From Pecten maximus (lineage: Eukaryota), in contig NW_022979591.1 in assembly GCF_902652985.1 (NCBI RefSeq), forward strand, positions 62,001 through 126,000: 64,000 nucleotides of DNA, written 5' to 3'. The translations under genes were made by a program, and so were the position numbers. This document shows positions 51,801-64,000 of the stretch, piece by piece; positions within the stretch are counted from its first letter, which is position 1; every line of letters begins with the position of its first letter. A model generated the notes under the pieces. It had not been told where the DNA came from and ran no database searches. It saw only the letters and a program-made list of their open reading frames with translations.

Positions 51801-52765
51801 TTACATATACATGTATTTACATTGACAATATTATCAGTATCAGTATTTTGTATCCTATTCATTTTAATAAGTTAAGGATAGATTTCGTTAAATTGTACAA
51901 ATACTTTTTTTATATTTATTGCATAGAAACGTTAATGTACTTCATACTTTTGATTTAACCTGTTAATCTACCTGTTAAAAATAAGTGTTAATTTCGACTA
52001 TTTCGCTTACGCTTGATGTCAAATTATATCTAATTTGAAATCTTTTAAATTACATAGAAACGAAATGTACTGTAAAATGTTCAGTAGAAGTTTATATAAT
52101 TATACCTAGAACTGGTAAATAATCATATCTACATGTACACATGTTAGCTAATTTGCCAATAATTAGATGGACCTCGGTTCTCTAAACAACTTGGATGTTA
52201 TCTATACTATGTCCATGTAATACTGGTTGTATCCAATTATCTTTGTGTAGTTATAATTATTATGGGGTTTACATGTAGACTTCAGGTCACGAACCCCATA
52301 ACCATATTAAGTTAGGGGAAATCTATCTGTCCGGCCGATGCACATCATATAACACATTGTATTAATTGTATATAATATTTAAAAACTTATTTTCACTATA
52401 TGTTGTCATTACAAGGGGCCTCGGTACAACACATGAAGTCATGAATCACCAAAATTTATCGTCAACAAGTCTTTTGATAACCTCCTGATTATTAAAGACC
52501 TCTGTAGTAATTTTGACAATGAGTAGAATATATTTTCTATTCAAACCATGAACTATTTAACCACTCGGGGGTGTTTATTTAGAAATAACTTCACTTAACT
52601 AAATTAACTGCTTAGAAAGTTGTTTTGTAATGATTATAAAGATCCATGTTGGTATTTCTAGTAAAGGTCTCTATTTTCCCCTTTGATTCTCAATCTTCTT
52701 CCAGTCGGTAGGAAGAGGTCATCCCCGCTTTACCCTCCGTGTCTGTCCACGATTTACCTTTAGCC

Positions 52766-52852
52766 ACAGGTGCCTGAATCGTTTTATGAAATATTAACTT
52801 ATAAGAGTACATATAAATGTGATTATTTCATAAAACGAGTCAGGCACTTGTA
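52766..52852. repeat. Inverted repeat (28-bp arms, 2 mismatches)
   Basis: ACAGGTGCCTGAATCGTTTTATGAAATA ... TATTTCATAAAACGAGTCAGGCACTTGT. Confidence 0.65.
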
Positions 52853-54479
52853 CATGTGCTAAATAGCACTGGAATGGGGCCTACAACGCGTCATAATCGA
52901 CGTAATCAGTGGATCAAAACTTAAAATGTCAATATAATATTATCACCGACATAGGCGCTTTCTAACCGGGATTTCAAAGCAATGGAACGGACACAAGCAT
53001 ACTATTATTTCCGGTAATACTTTCTTGATAATACCGCAATATATTTTTCAGGTCGGGAACTTTAAATTTAGGCATATGCTTTCGATATCGGTGTCACGAA
53101 GTTGCAATTCAACCCCAGTCTCAGCGTCAACAGTTTTGCCGTCGTTAATGTCAACACCGGTCGCCTCGTTTTCGAATCGGAACTCTCCTGTACTCTCGTT
53201 TAGAACGGCGGTGGGAAACTAGCGTATTCCAACGCTCAACTGATTCGGACCAATCAGAGCTCACTTGGTCAAGATCCTGACCAAGATGGCGGCCCTGACC
53301 TGTCTTAGCAGTAGTCATGAGCGCAACCTAGCGGAGAGAAATGGTACTAAGGCAGGTAATCCAGTCTACAGTTAGTCAAACTGTATTTGTTTCCTTTATC
53401 GGAACTCCTTTGCGTTTTTCGTTAACAGAGCATGCTAACGTTTGTTTACTATATTACCAGCCCTGAAATATTTATACTTCCGTGTTGATTTTCCGTAGTA
53501 CAACAACTTACAACAACTTGTTTTACTGGAACATTTTGTTTATGATATTTTTTGTTATATTTTGACAAGAAAGTTAGATGTTGTGCAAAATTAAACTTGA
53601 ACCACTAGTGAAAACCACGATACTAACCGACTGAATAGAGTTCGGCAATTCGGGCGGTGGCCCTGATAGATAGAGCTGTTTGTGTCAATTTTTGTGTTTG
53701 TGATTCCTAGCTAAAAATTCACAAGAACGTTGGGTTTTTTAAGAAAGTGATAATTTAAATGAGTTATTTTTCATTAATAAATGAAACTTGGTCAGTAAAA
53801 TAATCGAAACTGCGGGTACATTATACATTGTGACTCTAATTTTTTTTTTTTTATTTGGGAAATTCCCATACGGAAGTTGTTCCAAAATAATCATTTGCTT
53901 AGTCACTTTATAATCTGTGGATACGCATTGTTAAAATAATTCAAAAATATTTCTTTCTGTCATAAGTATTGCTTATTTGAATGATTTTTAAAATTCAAAA
54001 CAATCGAAACTACCGATTGATTATAAGCAGTAGCTCTGTTTGATTTGGGCGTTACCTAACATACATCGATTTACGCTTCTCGCTCAAATTCGATACCAAT
54101 GGACCCGGTCATATTTAGTTCAACGTCTTCATAATTCAGGCTACTAAATCAGAAGGGGAATCACCTAAAGGGAATTTCCGAGCTGCAATGCGGGGGAAAT
54201 TCCAGGTAAAACTTTATTGTCGTCTGGGAAACCAACAGTTCGGCAAAAACCATGACGCATACACACAAGCTTCACTGACACGGATAGCCTCTATTCAGTG
54301 TTGAACATTGTCATTTGAGATTAAAAAAAGGTGTTTTCGAGTTTCATTCTATCAAGTTACAGGAACGATAAGACGAAAAGAATGTAGAAATAGATCCAAG
54401 AACGTTAAAACAATACCCTTTTACAAGTCTGCCGTATGATTGGCCCCGATACCAACTACAATTTACCAGGAAGTTTTAA

Positions 54480-54952
54480 AGAGGCTTGCCCGCAGAGAGA
54501 TCAGAAAAATTGGCTAATAGAAAAAGATTTTTTTACACATGACATATTGTTGGAATTGTTGAGTTTTTCATTTTATTTTCCTTATAAAACGCTGAAAAGT
54601 GATATTAAAACCTCATTTTTTAAATATTATTTATTTAATCACAACCCGCAATAAGTCCCCGCTATAAAGTGAAGTCTAATTTGATTGACACATCAAAGAA
54701 ACAAGCACGTGCACAGTGCGGCACAGTGATAACTTCAAATGCAGCGGCGATTTACAAAGAAGATTTGCCGTTATATTCCATACATTTCCCTCTCAGGTTG
54801 AGTTTTAAAACGTCTTTTAAATACATATTCTGTAATTGTTTTCAAGAAATAAAGTCGGAAAGCCTCTAATTTTGTCACATAGAAACGTGTACTGAAGTTT
54901 ATTTAGTGATCGGAGATGTGCCGTTTACCGGTCCGTCTGCGGGTAAGCCTCT
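54480..54952. mobile_element. Kolobok-type non-autonomous DNA transposon
   Basis: TTAA TSD; 17-bp TIR AGAGGCTT(G/A)CCCGCAGA. Confidence 0.8.
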
Positions 54953-56837
54953 TTAAGTCACTGGCAATAACATAATTACACTATTGACATTTGATATGCC
55001 AAGATTAAGATTAAATTTTTCAAACTCTTTTTTTACGTGCTCAATCGATAAGGTTAACATGCAGCATTATTGGACTTTTTAAAGAGGAGTATATGTTTTG
55101 AGTCTTTGATCAAAGTCCATGGTTTGTAGGAGTGAGTTATACTTTGTAATAATTACTATGGTACTATCATGGTGTCAGCTACTGGGATGTTTATAAACTC
55201 ACGCGACTGAACAATATATGTGGTGTTCTTGCCATAATGTCTCAGCTGAATATATTGAACTTTTAAACAGTGGTAGATTAATTTATGGTTAATAATGCTG
55301 ATATATTTCAAACTTTAGGTTTATCATTATCTTCAAGTGTTATGTTTAATGACACACGTTCAATTTGTAGGTATTACAGTACAAATCAAGTGTTTCTGTG
55401 TAATCAGACACACATCTTCACCACAAATATAACCACGCCAGACTTGTTCAGTTCCGATAATACTTATGATTATGAATCATGCTGGCGTGTATAATATCAG
55501 ATGCCGTCGTAGGGTTGGAAAACCCGGCCTTCCTAGAAATTTATATGATGAAATTGTACACAGAACAATAACGTGTTTATCCCTGATATGTACGTGTATA
55601 TTGATAAATAAGGAAACTAAAAGTCATGCTGTAGCAGTCGATATGGCTAAGTATGATCAGTCGACGGAAATACAGATCTATTGTCCGGTAAATATTTCCC
55701 GGTGTTAATGGCGACGAGGAGGATGTACATACGATGCACGTGTCCCGATATCAGTAAGCACGAGCTTTTGCACATCCGACATGCACTTGACTTAAAACAC
55801 GCGCTACTTAGACGGTATTGATTATGAGCAAACGGAAATTGTATTTTTATTTCTGATAACGTACGTAGATTGTCGGACATTGGATGGAGACTTGTAAACA
55901 GCCGTCACGTCCAAGGACCACGTGGAATTAAATAAAAAGCTGGTCAGGGATTTCAAACTCAAAACTTTATCTTATTTACAAACGAGTCTGGGTTCTCTAT
56001 ACATTATTCTTTCGATAATATCTCTCGACATCACGGCTAGCAATGGTTATTTTGTGAAATTTGTGTTAGACTCCAATATCATCATAATCTGGTAATCGGG
56101 ATTGGTAGACGGTGGGATATCTTATCAGTTTTAGCGATTTATTTATTTACAACGATCTTCTGCCCCGTTGAAACTCCTTGGATCTCAAATCTTTCCTTTC
56201 TTTTCTCACTACTCCGTCTTTCTGTACTTTGCCACCTTGACACCCGCCGTCCTATGGCCCTGGCTGTTACGAGGACGTTGACTCCCTTAAAAAATACTGC
56301 GACTTAGGGCTTCCATACTCGCTGTATCATCGGCTTTGTATATAGAGAATCTTGCATGAGTGTCTATGTAATATGAAATTTATAAAACGCGTTCAATAAC
56401 ATGACTTTCAATAATAACATCCAACAATGACAGTTTGTTGACTTTTTTTAAACAGTTTTCTTTATGGGCTATTTCACTTATATTATAGGGATTAAATCCT
56501 TGTGGTGAGGTTCAAAATATATTAATCACACCTATATTGATGTGCAGTACTGTATTTATATGTTCACGTGATGCCCTAACTGAGCTGACCGGTGTGTGTG
56601 TGGTGCGAACATTTTTTCTAAAATACGGATACGTATGGACATTTTTCTGTGTTTCTTACAGCAAGTAAGTGTATATGAACATTCAGTTGTTAACTGCAGA
56701 AAATAGTTTTGACCAAATCTAGGACTATCTGGAATATTGTCAACTTTTGTGATCTGTGCAACTACCTATAGAGCGGCCATTTCTAAATATAGTCACTCCG
56801 CTATCGAACATTCCACGTGCACGTATACGTCCTAGAT

Positions 56838-57870
56838 ATGGCTAATCATGACCAGCAGAGCAGGGTGAGTGCATCCAACGACGATAAAGGTTTACGAATC
56901 ACCCCGGACCAAGCCCTAGTTTTTACAACCCCAGTGAGTGATAGCTATAGTTCAAAAGATAAGCGTAAGCAAATGTCTAGCCCACTGTCCCCATATTTGA
57001 TGGAAAACAAGCGTCCCGATTTTGGGTTGACGGACAGTCATGTCCCCATATGTGACAATAAACAGTCATCGGGCACACCGAGTATGGTTGAATCCATGTT
57101 TTCGCCTGAACTTATGCAAGATTTCGCCCAAATGCTGGCCCCTACCATAGCCACGATGGTCGCTACGTCAATTGAACAATCACTCTCTCAGTCCATCCAG
57201 CCCCTTATCCATAGTGCTGTGAATGCCGCCATACGCGACAATACTCAACTTGACACTGTTATCTCTGAGCAAGTTAATGCGAAGGTAGCACCACTTGTTG
57301 ATATAATACAAACTCAATCATCAGAGTTACAGAACTTAAAAACGGAGTTAGGCGATCTCCGAACGGCTTTAGAGGAACAACAGCAGTATTCAAGGCGCAC
57401 TGCGCTTAAGTTCCACAACGTCCCAGTCCCTAGAGGTGATATTTCGGCCTTTGATACCCATCAGGCAGTCATCGACATTGCTCGGAAAATTGACGTCAAC
57501 ATCAGCCGCAACGACCTTTCCAGGACCCATATCCTTGGAGGAGTCAGGAATGGAAAAACGACGGTCATCGCGCGCTTCGTCCGCTACTCAGACCGATACA
57601 ATGTGTTTAAGAATAAAAAAACTGTGCAAAAATCAAGCTGATAACATTTTTATTACCGAAAGTCTGACAAAACACAGATCCTTCCTTGTAGGCCGACTCA
57701 ACAAACTGCGCAAAGACAAACATATTTATTCCATGTGGACAATGGACGGTCGCATTTTTTATAAAGTAAGCGAATTTTCTCAGAAAGTTCTAATCAAGTC
57801 CGAGTCGTGTGTGACGGCACTTGAATCTCAGTATCGCCCAAATCCAAACGTCGTTTCTGCAACCCAATGA
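56838..57870 (+). pseudogene. LINE ORF1 (coiled coil + L1-like RNA-binding region), 1-nt frameshift in an A run near 57620
   Basis: EQQQYSRRTALKFHNVP, SRTHILG, VIARF, then IFITESLT, WTMDGRIF. Confidence 0.85.
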
Positions 57871-59315
57871 TTCCATCCTGCAGTTTGCTATGATTTTTGA
57901 AGTATCGAACAGTCTCTGCAATGAATATAGATATATTGTGTTGTGACAATTTGTAAATGTGTTTATAAACCATAGGTATACTAATCTTAGATGAGATGTT
58001 GTAATCGGTAACCGTGTGTATGATCGTCTAAAATAAGGTACAACGTACATCTGTAAATTACATTGTAATCTTTGTGAGAACAATTTTTTTTACTACCTCG
58101 TATATAATACTCATTCCACTATATAAGTCGAATTGTTTCGACCAATTTGTGTTGTTGCCTTCATATTACCATTATTATTGCTAGTGTCTCAATAAGATAA
58201 ACCACTGACTTCGGGTTGCCCCAGTCTCACCTTCTGGATGATAGATTATTTTACGTACGCGTGCAGTAATGTCAGTAAATGTAATTGATCTCGGTAATTG
58301 ATGTCTGAAACGCTCGGACGTCGTGGAAGACATACTAGTGTATGTGTGCGCCTTTGCTGTAGTGTTTACTCAAGCATACCTTGCCTGATTGCATTTATCC
58401 AGATGGCGTTTGGTGATGCATACTGCTTTAGTGTGACAACTTAGACATAAAATGCTTACACAATAATAACTTATTGAATATGTAAGCTGTATTTTTTCAA
58501 GTCTTTCTGACACGTTCAAATCCTATGTCAAATGTAAATACAATGCAAGCAGGTAAGATATGTGATGTGTGAGTAAGGTACAGTGTACACGTGTGTGCAT
58601 GAGTATCGAGGGTGCACGCCCACGTGCGTGATTTCATTTAGCCGTGACATGTATATAGTTACAATATATTATATCAATTAAATATGGTTAATGTAAATAT
58701 GAACAATGTATATATCAGTCTAATTGTTTGAAAGCAATAATTAAGTTCAAAATTTTGATAAGTGCACCGTAAAACGTTCTAGTGTCTAGCTGGTTTTCTG
58801 CTACAGTCAGTCTTGTTTAAATCTTACGTGTTACCAGTTCTTGTAAAGCAATCGTGAGGAACTATTCTAAAATTTAGTATTCTAGTGTTGATCATTGCTC
58901 TTTTGGCAAATTTTAATTAAATCATTATTCATTGTATCTACTAAGTATACAACCGAATGATATATTCCCAACATAACTATACATATTTTTTTATTCAATT
59001 TATTTTCAATGTCCACGTTTCATTTGTATCAATATGTCTTAACATAATACCCACCATACAACCCGGATACTCCATTGAGTATCTGCTGTAACTTACCTGT
59101 ACTTACCTGTACTTGTTTATCTTCTTCTCTCTTTATTACCTCCTTTTACATTTGTCTGCCTCGCCTTCCGAATGGCATTCATCTTTTTCCTTTTCCTCTG
59201 TGTACTTTCTTCGCTTGGCTCGGTCTCCCCCCTCCTTCCCAGTATATACGTATGCACCGCGGTCACCTATGGCAGACCTCCATCAATGCTTAGAGAATTT
59301 TATTTTTGACCCTCC

Positions 59316-62300
59316 ATGACAGGTAATGATGTTTGCGCCTGGAGAGCTGCCATAGGATGTTTCTATTGTAAGTTGGCATGTATACCAGTCACATTTGTCT
59401 TCAATAATGATTTCTCCAAAGTTTTTAAAACAGCTATCTCCAATCTGAACTGTCTCCATAGGATATATATTTTGCTACTACAGTTGTCCCATTACATCCA
59501 TCATCCATACAATGTAACCTTAATTATTTTATTAATAGCTGGGGATATTCACCCAAATCCCGGGCCCAACTCTAATAGCAGTTCGGCTACCAGTGTCATT
59601 AGTTTGCTCCATTTAAACATCCGAAGTTTAAGAAATAAGGTTCAACATTTGTGCTCCCTAACAGATGATGTTGATATTGTATGTATAACTGAGACCCACC
59701 TCGATAACTCCATTCCAAACTCCGATATTAATATCAGTGGTTTTTCTGAACCCTTTCGTAAAGATCGAAACATGTTTGGGGGAGGGGTTGCCATATATTT
59801 CTCTGAATCACTTGTAGCCAAGAGAAGAATCGATCTTGAATTTGGTAACGATGAAACAATATGGTCTCAAATTAAATTTCGTAATACCTTGTATCTAATT
59901 TGTAACGTATACAGACCACCCTCTTATACTGGTACTGGTTTGTGGCAGAATTTACGACACTCGATTGATATTGCTTTCGAAGAAACGCCCAATATAATAA
60001 TTACTGGTGATTTAAATATTGATTTTTTAAAGCCTATCAGAGGTGATCTGTGTGATATCCTGTCCAATTATAATTTAACTAATGTTATTACCGAACCTAC
60101 TCGACAAACCGATACCTCCTCTACACTACTTGACCCGATCATTGTAAGTGATACTGTTAATGTCGTTTTTTCTGATGTTATTGAAATTGAGCGAACCATC
60201 AGTGACCATGATGCTGTTTTTGCAATTATAAATATCCCTGTCAAAATTAAACATTATTTTAAAAGAAAGGTTTGGCTGTATGATCAGACTGATATTGATA
60301 AACTGAAAGTCATGATTAATAGTATCCCATGGCTTGACAGATTTGCGAACCTATCACATGTCAATGAAATGTGTAATTTCTTTACTGAGAAATTCCTTGA
60401 TGCCGTTGACAAATGTATACCGTCCAAAGAAATAGTAGTACGCGATAGTGATAAACCGTGGATGAATGGAATAGTTAGACGTAATATGAGAAAAAGAGAT
60501 CGACTTAAAAAAATAATGTTCAATAATAGAACCGAGTCGAACAAAAATAAATATAAGTATATGAGAAATAGAGTAAACAATATGATCAAGAGGGCTAAAG
60601 AAATATTTTATGATAATATAAATACAGTTATAGATAAAAGTACTAACAGTCCTAAGACGTATTGGAAACTTCTTGGGAACATTCTTAAAAGTAAAAAAAC
60701 CCCAGATATATCCCCTTTACTAGATAGTACTACAAACGAAATAATATACGACAATGATAGAAAATGTGAATTACTAAACAATTACTTTAGCTCTGTGTGT
60801 ACTTTACCTGAAAATGATATAGATAAACCATTGCCAGCTTTTGAGAGGCGGACTGATTCTATTTTATCAGAAATACATATAGATTACAGTGAAGTTGAAG
60901 ATATTATAAATAATCTAGATGTTAATAAGGCATCTGGCCCTGACGGAATTAGCCACAAAATGTTAAAACTACTGTCCAGTGAAATAGCTATACCGCTATC
61001 TTTTATATTTAATTATTCTTTGTCTTCCTCTATATATCCTGACAATTGGAAAATTGCGCATGTCATGCCTATTTTTAAGGCTAATGACGCAAGCATTGTC
61101 TCCAACTACAGACCTATCTCACTGCTAAGTTGTATAGGTAAACTATTTGAGCGTGTAGTACATAAACATATTTATAATTTCTTAATCGAAAATGACCTTA
61201 TTTATAAATATCAGTCCGGGTTTCTACCAAACCATTCCACAACACATCAACTTATCGAGTTATATCATTCAATAATTACATCATTAGAAAATTATGAGCA
61301 TTCGATTTTAATTTTTTGTGATTTTTCAAAGGCCTTTGACCGTGTGTGGCACAAAGGTCTTCTACATAAACTTAACAATTATGGTATCTCAGGACCTCTT
61401 CTAAGATGGATAACTAGTTATCTGTCGAACAGAAAACAATCAGTTTTTATTAATGATTCTATATCTTCGCGTAAGACTATAAATGCTGGTGTCCCTCAAG
61501 GATCAGTTCTAGGTCCACTTTTCTTCCTTCTTTATATAAACGATATTTCATGTGAACTTTCTTCCCTATCTAGACTCTTTGCAGATGATACCTCTCTTTC
61601 TTATTCGTCCCATGACTTAAACACTATTGAAGCAGACGCAAACGCAGATCTTATTAAACTTGAAGTCTGGTCTAAAGAATGGCTAATGTCCTTTAATCCT
61701 ACTAAAACTGAGGCCCTGGTTATCTCAAATAGGCAACTTCCATTTATCCCATCTTTAACATTCAACAATACCCCAATTCAAATCACTAACCAACATAAAC
61801 ACTTAGGTGTCGTTTTTTCTAATGATTGTAAATGGAATATCCATGTTGAATATATGGTTAAAAAAGTTAATAAATATATAGCCACACTTCGTAAATTAAA
61901 ACTTATCCTAAATAGGAATACATTAGAAAAAATGTATCTTACTTATATTCGACCTCTACTCGAATATGCCTGCGAAGTATGGGACAACTGTGGTACAACA
62001 AATTCATTGCTATTGGAAAAAATAAATTTAGAAGCTGCGAGAATAGTTACAGGGCTGCCCATATTCACAAAAAAAGATTTCTTATATCAAGAAACCGGCT
62101 GGTTACCCCTTGCGAAGAGAAGGGATGCTCGGAAACTGTCTTTATTCTATTCTATAGTTAATAATTTGTCACCTACTTTTCTCGTCGACTTATTGCCAAT
62201 GTATATTGGAAATATAATTCCATACAATTTGCGAAATGCACATCTTTTGAGAGAACAACACTTTCGTTTACAACTTTCAAACAATTCTTTCTTTCCCTCT

Positions 62301-62747
62301 ACGTCAAAACTCTGGAACGACTTGAATATCACTATTAGAAACTCGCCTTCTCTAAGTTCTTTTAAGTCAAATGTAAAGAAATCTATGACAGCAAACAATA
62401 TATTATATAGTAAGCATTTTATAAACTATGGACCTAGGAATTTAAATATTATCCACAGTCGACTGAGAAATCGAGCTAGCACACTAAACTATGATCTTTT
62501 TAGAGCTAATCTCGTAGATTCACCCGAGTGTCAATGTGGGCATCCCTGTGAAGATTGCTATCATTTTTTCCTTATCTGTCCTTTGTATGCCAATTTAAGA
62601 AGAACACTTATTACTGAAATATCATGGTACGGTCCTGCCAACATCGATGTTCTTTGTAAAGGTGATCCTAATATTTCACCAAATGACAATGTAAAAATCG
62701 CCAAAGCTGTGCAAAACTTCCTGAGAAAGTCGGGTAGATTCGACTAG
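59316..62747 (+). CDS. LINE ORF2: APE endonuclease + reverse transcriptase, with 2A-like leader
   Basis: LNIRSL, ITETHL, TGDLNI, SDHD (EN); DFSKAFD, GVPQGSVLGP, FADD (RT); C-terminal CQCG..HFFLIC; uninterrupted 1143 aa. Confidence 0.95.
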   Translation: MTGNDVCAWRAAIGCFYCKLACIPVTFVFNNDFSKVFKTAISNLNCLHRIYILLLQLSHYIHHPYNVTLIILLIAGDIHPNPGPNSNSSSATSVISLLHLNIRSLRNKVQHLCSLTDDVDIVCITETHLDNSIPNSDINISGFSEPFRKDRNMFGGGVAIYFSESLVAKRRIDLEFGNDETIWSQIKFRNTLYLICNVYRPPSYTGTGLWQNLRHSIDIAFEETPNIIITGDLNIDFLKPIRGDLCDILSNYNLTNVITEPTRQTDTSSTLLDPIIVSDTVNVVFSDVIEIERTISDHDAVFAIINIPVKIKHYFKRKVWLYDQTDIDKLKVMINSIPWLDRFANLSHVNEMCNFFTEKFLDAVDKCIPSKEIVVRDSDKPWMNGIVRRNMRKRDRLKKIMFNNRTESNKNKYKYMRNRVNNMIKRAKEIFYDNINTVIDKSTNSPKTYWKLLGNILKSKKTPDISPLLDSTTNEIIYDNDRKCELLNNYFSSVCTLPENDIDKPLPAFERRTDSILSEIHIDYSEVEDIINNLDVNKASGPDGISHKMLKLLSSEIAIPLSFIFNYSLSSSIYPDNWKIAHVMPIFKANDASIVSNYRPISLLSCIGKLFERVVHKHIYNFLIENDLIYKYQSGFLPNHSTTHQLIELYHSIITSLENYEHSILIFCDFSKAFDRVWHKGLLHKLNNYGISGPLLRWITSYLSNRKQSVFINDSISSRKTINAGVPQGSVLGPLFFLLYINDISCELSSLSRLFADDTSLSYSSHDLNTIEADANADLIKLEVWSKEWLMSFNPTKTEALVISNRQLPFIPSLTFNNTPIQITNQHKHLGVVFSNDCKWNIHVEYMVKKVNKYIATLRKLKLILNRNTLEKMYLTYIRPLLEYACEVWDNCGTTNSLLLEKINLEAARIVTGLPIFTKKDFLYQETGWLPLAKRRDARKLSLFYSIVNNLSPTFLVDLLPMYIGNIIPYNLRNAHLLREQHFRLQLSNNSFFPSTSKLWNDLNITIRNSPSLSSFKSNVKKSMTANNILYSKHFINYGPRNLNIIHSRLRNRASTLNYDLFRANLVDSPECQCGHPCEDCYHFFLICPLYANLRRTLITEISWYGPANIDVLCKGDPNISPNDNVKIAKAVQNFLRKSGRFD

Positions 62748-64000
62748 CTGCCGTTTCTTACTCCCCCTCCCTTTTTCCTCTCCTTTTCTTAATCTTATTA
62801 GTTCATAAACTTGCTTCAAAAGTGTCCTATCTATCCGTACTTTATATATAGTGTAAGGACAACAATGGATCAATTGAATCCATCTAAAAATGTAGGTTGT
62901 ATTTCTGGTCCTTCCGGATCCAAACGGCACTTGAGAAACGTAGTTAACTGGAAGAGCGGACGGAACCAGGAGAAAGCCACTTACGCACGGGATGTGATGA
63001 ACATTTGAAACAGCTGAAAGATTGGAAAGTGAATAGTGTAACAAGTGTCGTCTGTGTCGGGAAGGATCGGAAACACAATCTCAGTTCATTAATTTTACTT
63101 GTTGCAAGCTATACAAAACTATTGTCACCCCCCCCCCCCCCCCCCCCTCTCTCTCCTCCTGCCTGTCTCTCATTCTCTCTCTCTTTTTCCATCCCTAATA
63201 AAATATAACCTTTTTTTTTTTTTTTAAGAAAGACAATTCATAAATCATCTTTTGTTTATCATATTGTTGAATATTTGTACATATCATCATGTGACCACTG
63301 TTTATTATCATATGTCATTTATGCGGGAAAGGTCATCAATAAGTTGGCAAAACTTACCGACCAATCCCTTTGTCATTTTATGTCAATAAAATATGTTTAA
63401 ACTAAAACTAAAACTTGCAAGACAAACTTTTATGAAATTACAGAAAAGTTGCCTCACTCGTGCGGAATAAAGAATTGAAGTGCAAGTGAAAATAACATGC
63501 ACATAACTTCCATTTACATGTATTTCAAATGCAGGTGTACAACATCCTTGATTAGTCTACTCGAACAACATTCAGTTTTTCACAAAACACATCTTCACAA
63601 TCAAGGAACCATATGTACCATCTCTCTACTACTGGTATCTTTGTTTTAATAATGAAAATCATCCTCAGTGTAGTCAGAATCTATAAACAGTAATGTCACA
63701 TGCTTGTAATTTAACTATGCCCTTACCAAAGGGTTTAACATTGCACTACAAATTAACACTGACGTTTTTATCCCTCTACTGTTTTTCAAGTAATGTTCAG
63801 ATAACATTTATTGTTCTCCCGCAGAATATAGAGTAAAGTTGGAAAATGCAAGTAATTCCTGTGGGTTTAGTGTGAAGCAACCAATAAACATATGCATGTA
63901 GGTACAAATATATATATATTTTAATTTGAATGAATTATTGAAATTGATTATGAAATAGATATTGTTATTCAAGTTTCACATGGAAGCAGATATGGTGTAT

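Larger units (their letters stand above)
36562..53225 (+). mobile_element. ISL2EU (PIF/Harbinger-related) element, degenerate, nested near the Academ right end
   Basis: AT flanks (empty site GGA[AT]TCC); perfect 26-bp sub-terminal inverted repeat at 36623-36648 and 53150-53175; THAP-transposase remnants inside. Confidence 0.65.
17858..53368. mobile_element. AcademH DNA transposon (RecQ helicase + Academ transposase), enlarged to 35.5 kb by nested insertions
   Basis: TIR with 18 perfect bp TAGACTGGATTACCTGCC plus CTCTCCGCTAGG; 9-bp TSD CAGTTAGTC (17849-17857, 53369-53377); convergent RecQ and GDQLT-type transposase genes. Confidence 0.92.
56573..63414 (+). mobile_element. CR1-group LINE, near full length (5' boundary approximate)
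   Basis: ORF1, ~1.45-kb spacer, ORF2, then 3' UTR ending AATAAA...(CTAAAA)n. Confidence 0.88.

Overview
AT-rich animal genomic DNA, most likely a bivalve mollusc (inferred from the repeat families). It is almost entirely nested transposable elements, with no recognisable host gene. In order: (1) <1-8265: 3' part of a decayed Ty3/Gypsy LTR retrotransposon whose extra post-pol gene ends in a TatD-family nuclease. (2) 9.8-17.8 kb: HINE/pearl-like repeats, a PHD-SWIM-YqaJ exonuclease pseudogene, and a triple nest (MULE-like MITE > EnSpm-like MITE > 121-bp mini-Academ). (3) 17858-53368: a complete AcademH DNA transposon (TIRs, 9-bp TSD, convergent intron-containing RecQ helicase and transposase genes). 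(4) Its RecQ exon 1 is split by a young, pol-deleted Gypsy element (18410-25268, LTRs identical by eye). This element keeps gag, protease, an integrase tail fused to a PHD finger, and a zinc-finger/TatD gene with all catalytic motifs. (5) Near the Academ right end lies a ~16.7-kb ISL2EU-like element (36562-53225) holding a solo LTR, MITEs, a SINE remnant and a near-intact Gypsy element (40425-48845) with a C2H2 zinc-finger tail. (6) A Kolobok-type MITE and a near full-length CR1-type LINE (~56.6-63.4 kb). The main novelty candidate is a Gypsy lineage carrying a homologous Zn-finger-TatD nuclease gene at the env position, behind a splice acceptor, in two divergent elements.
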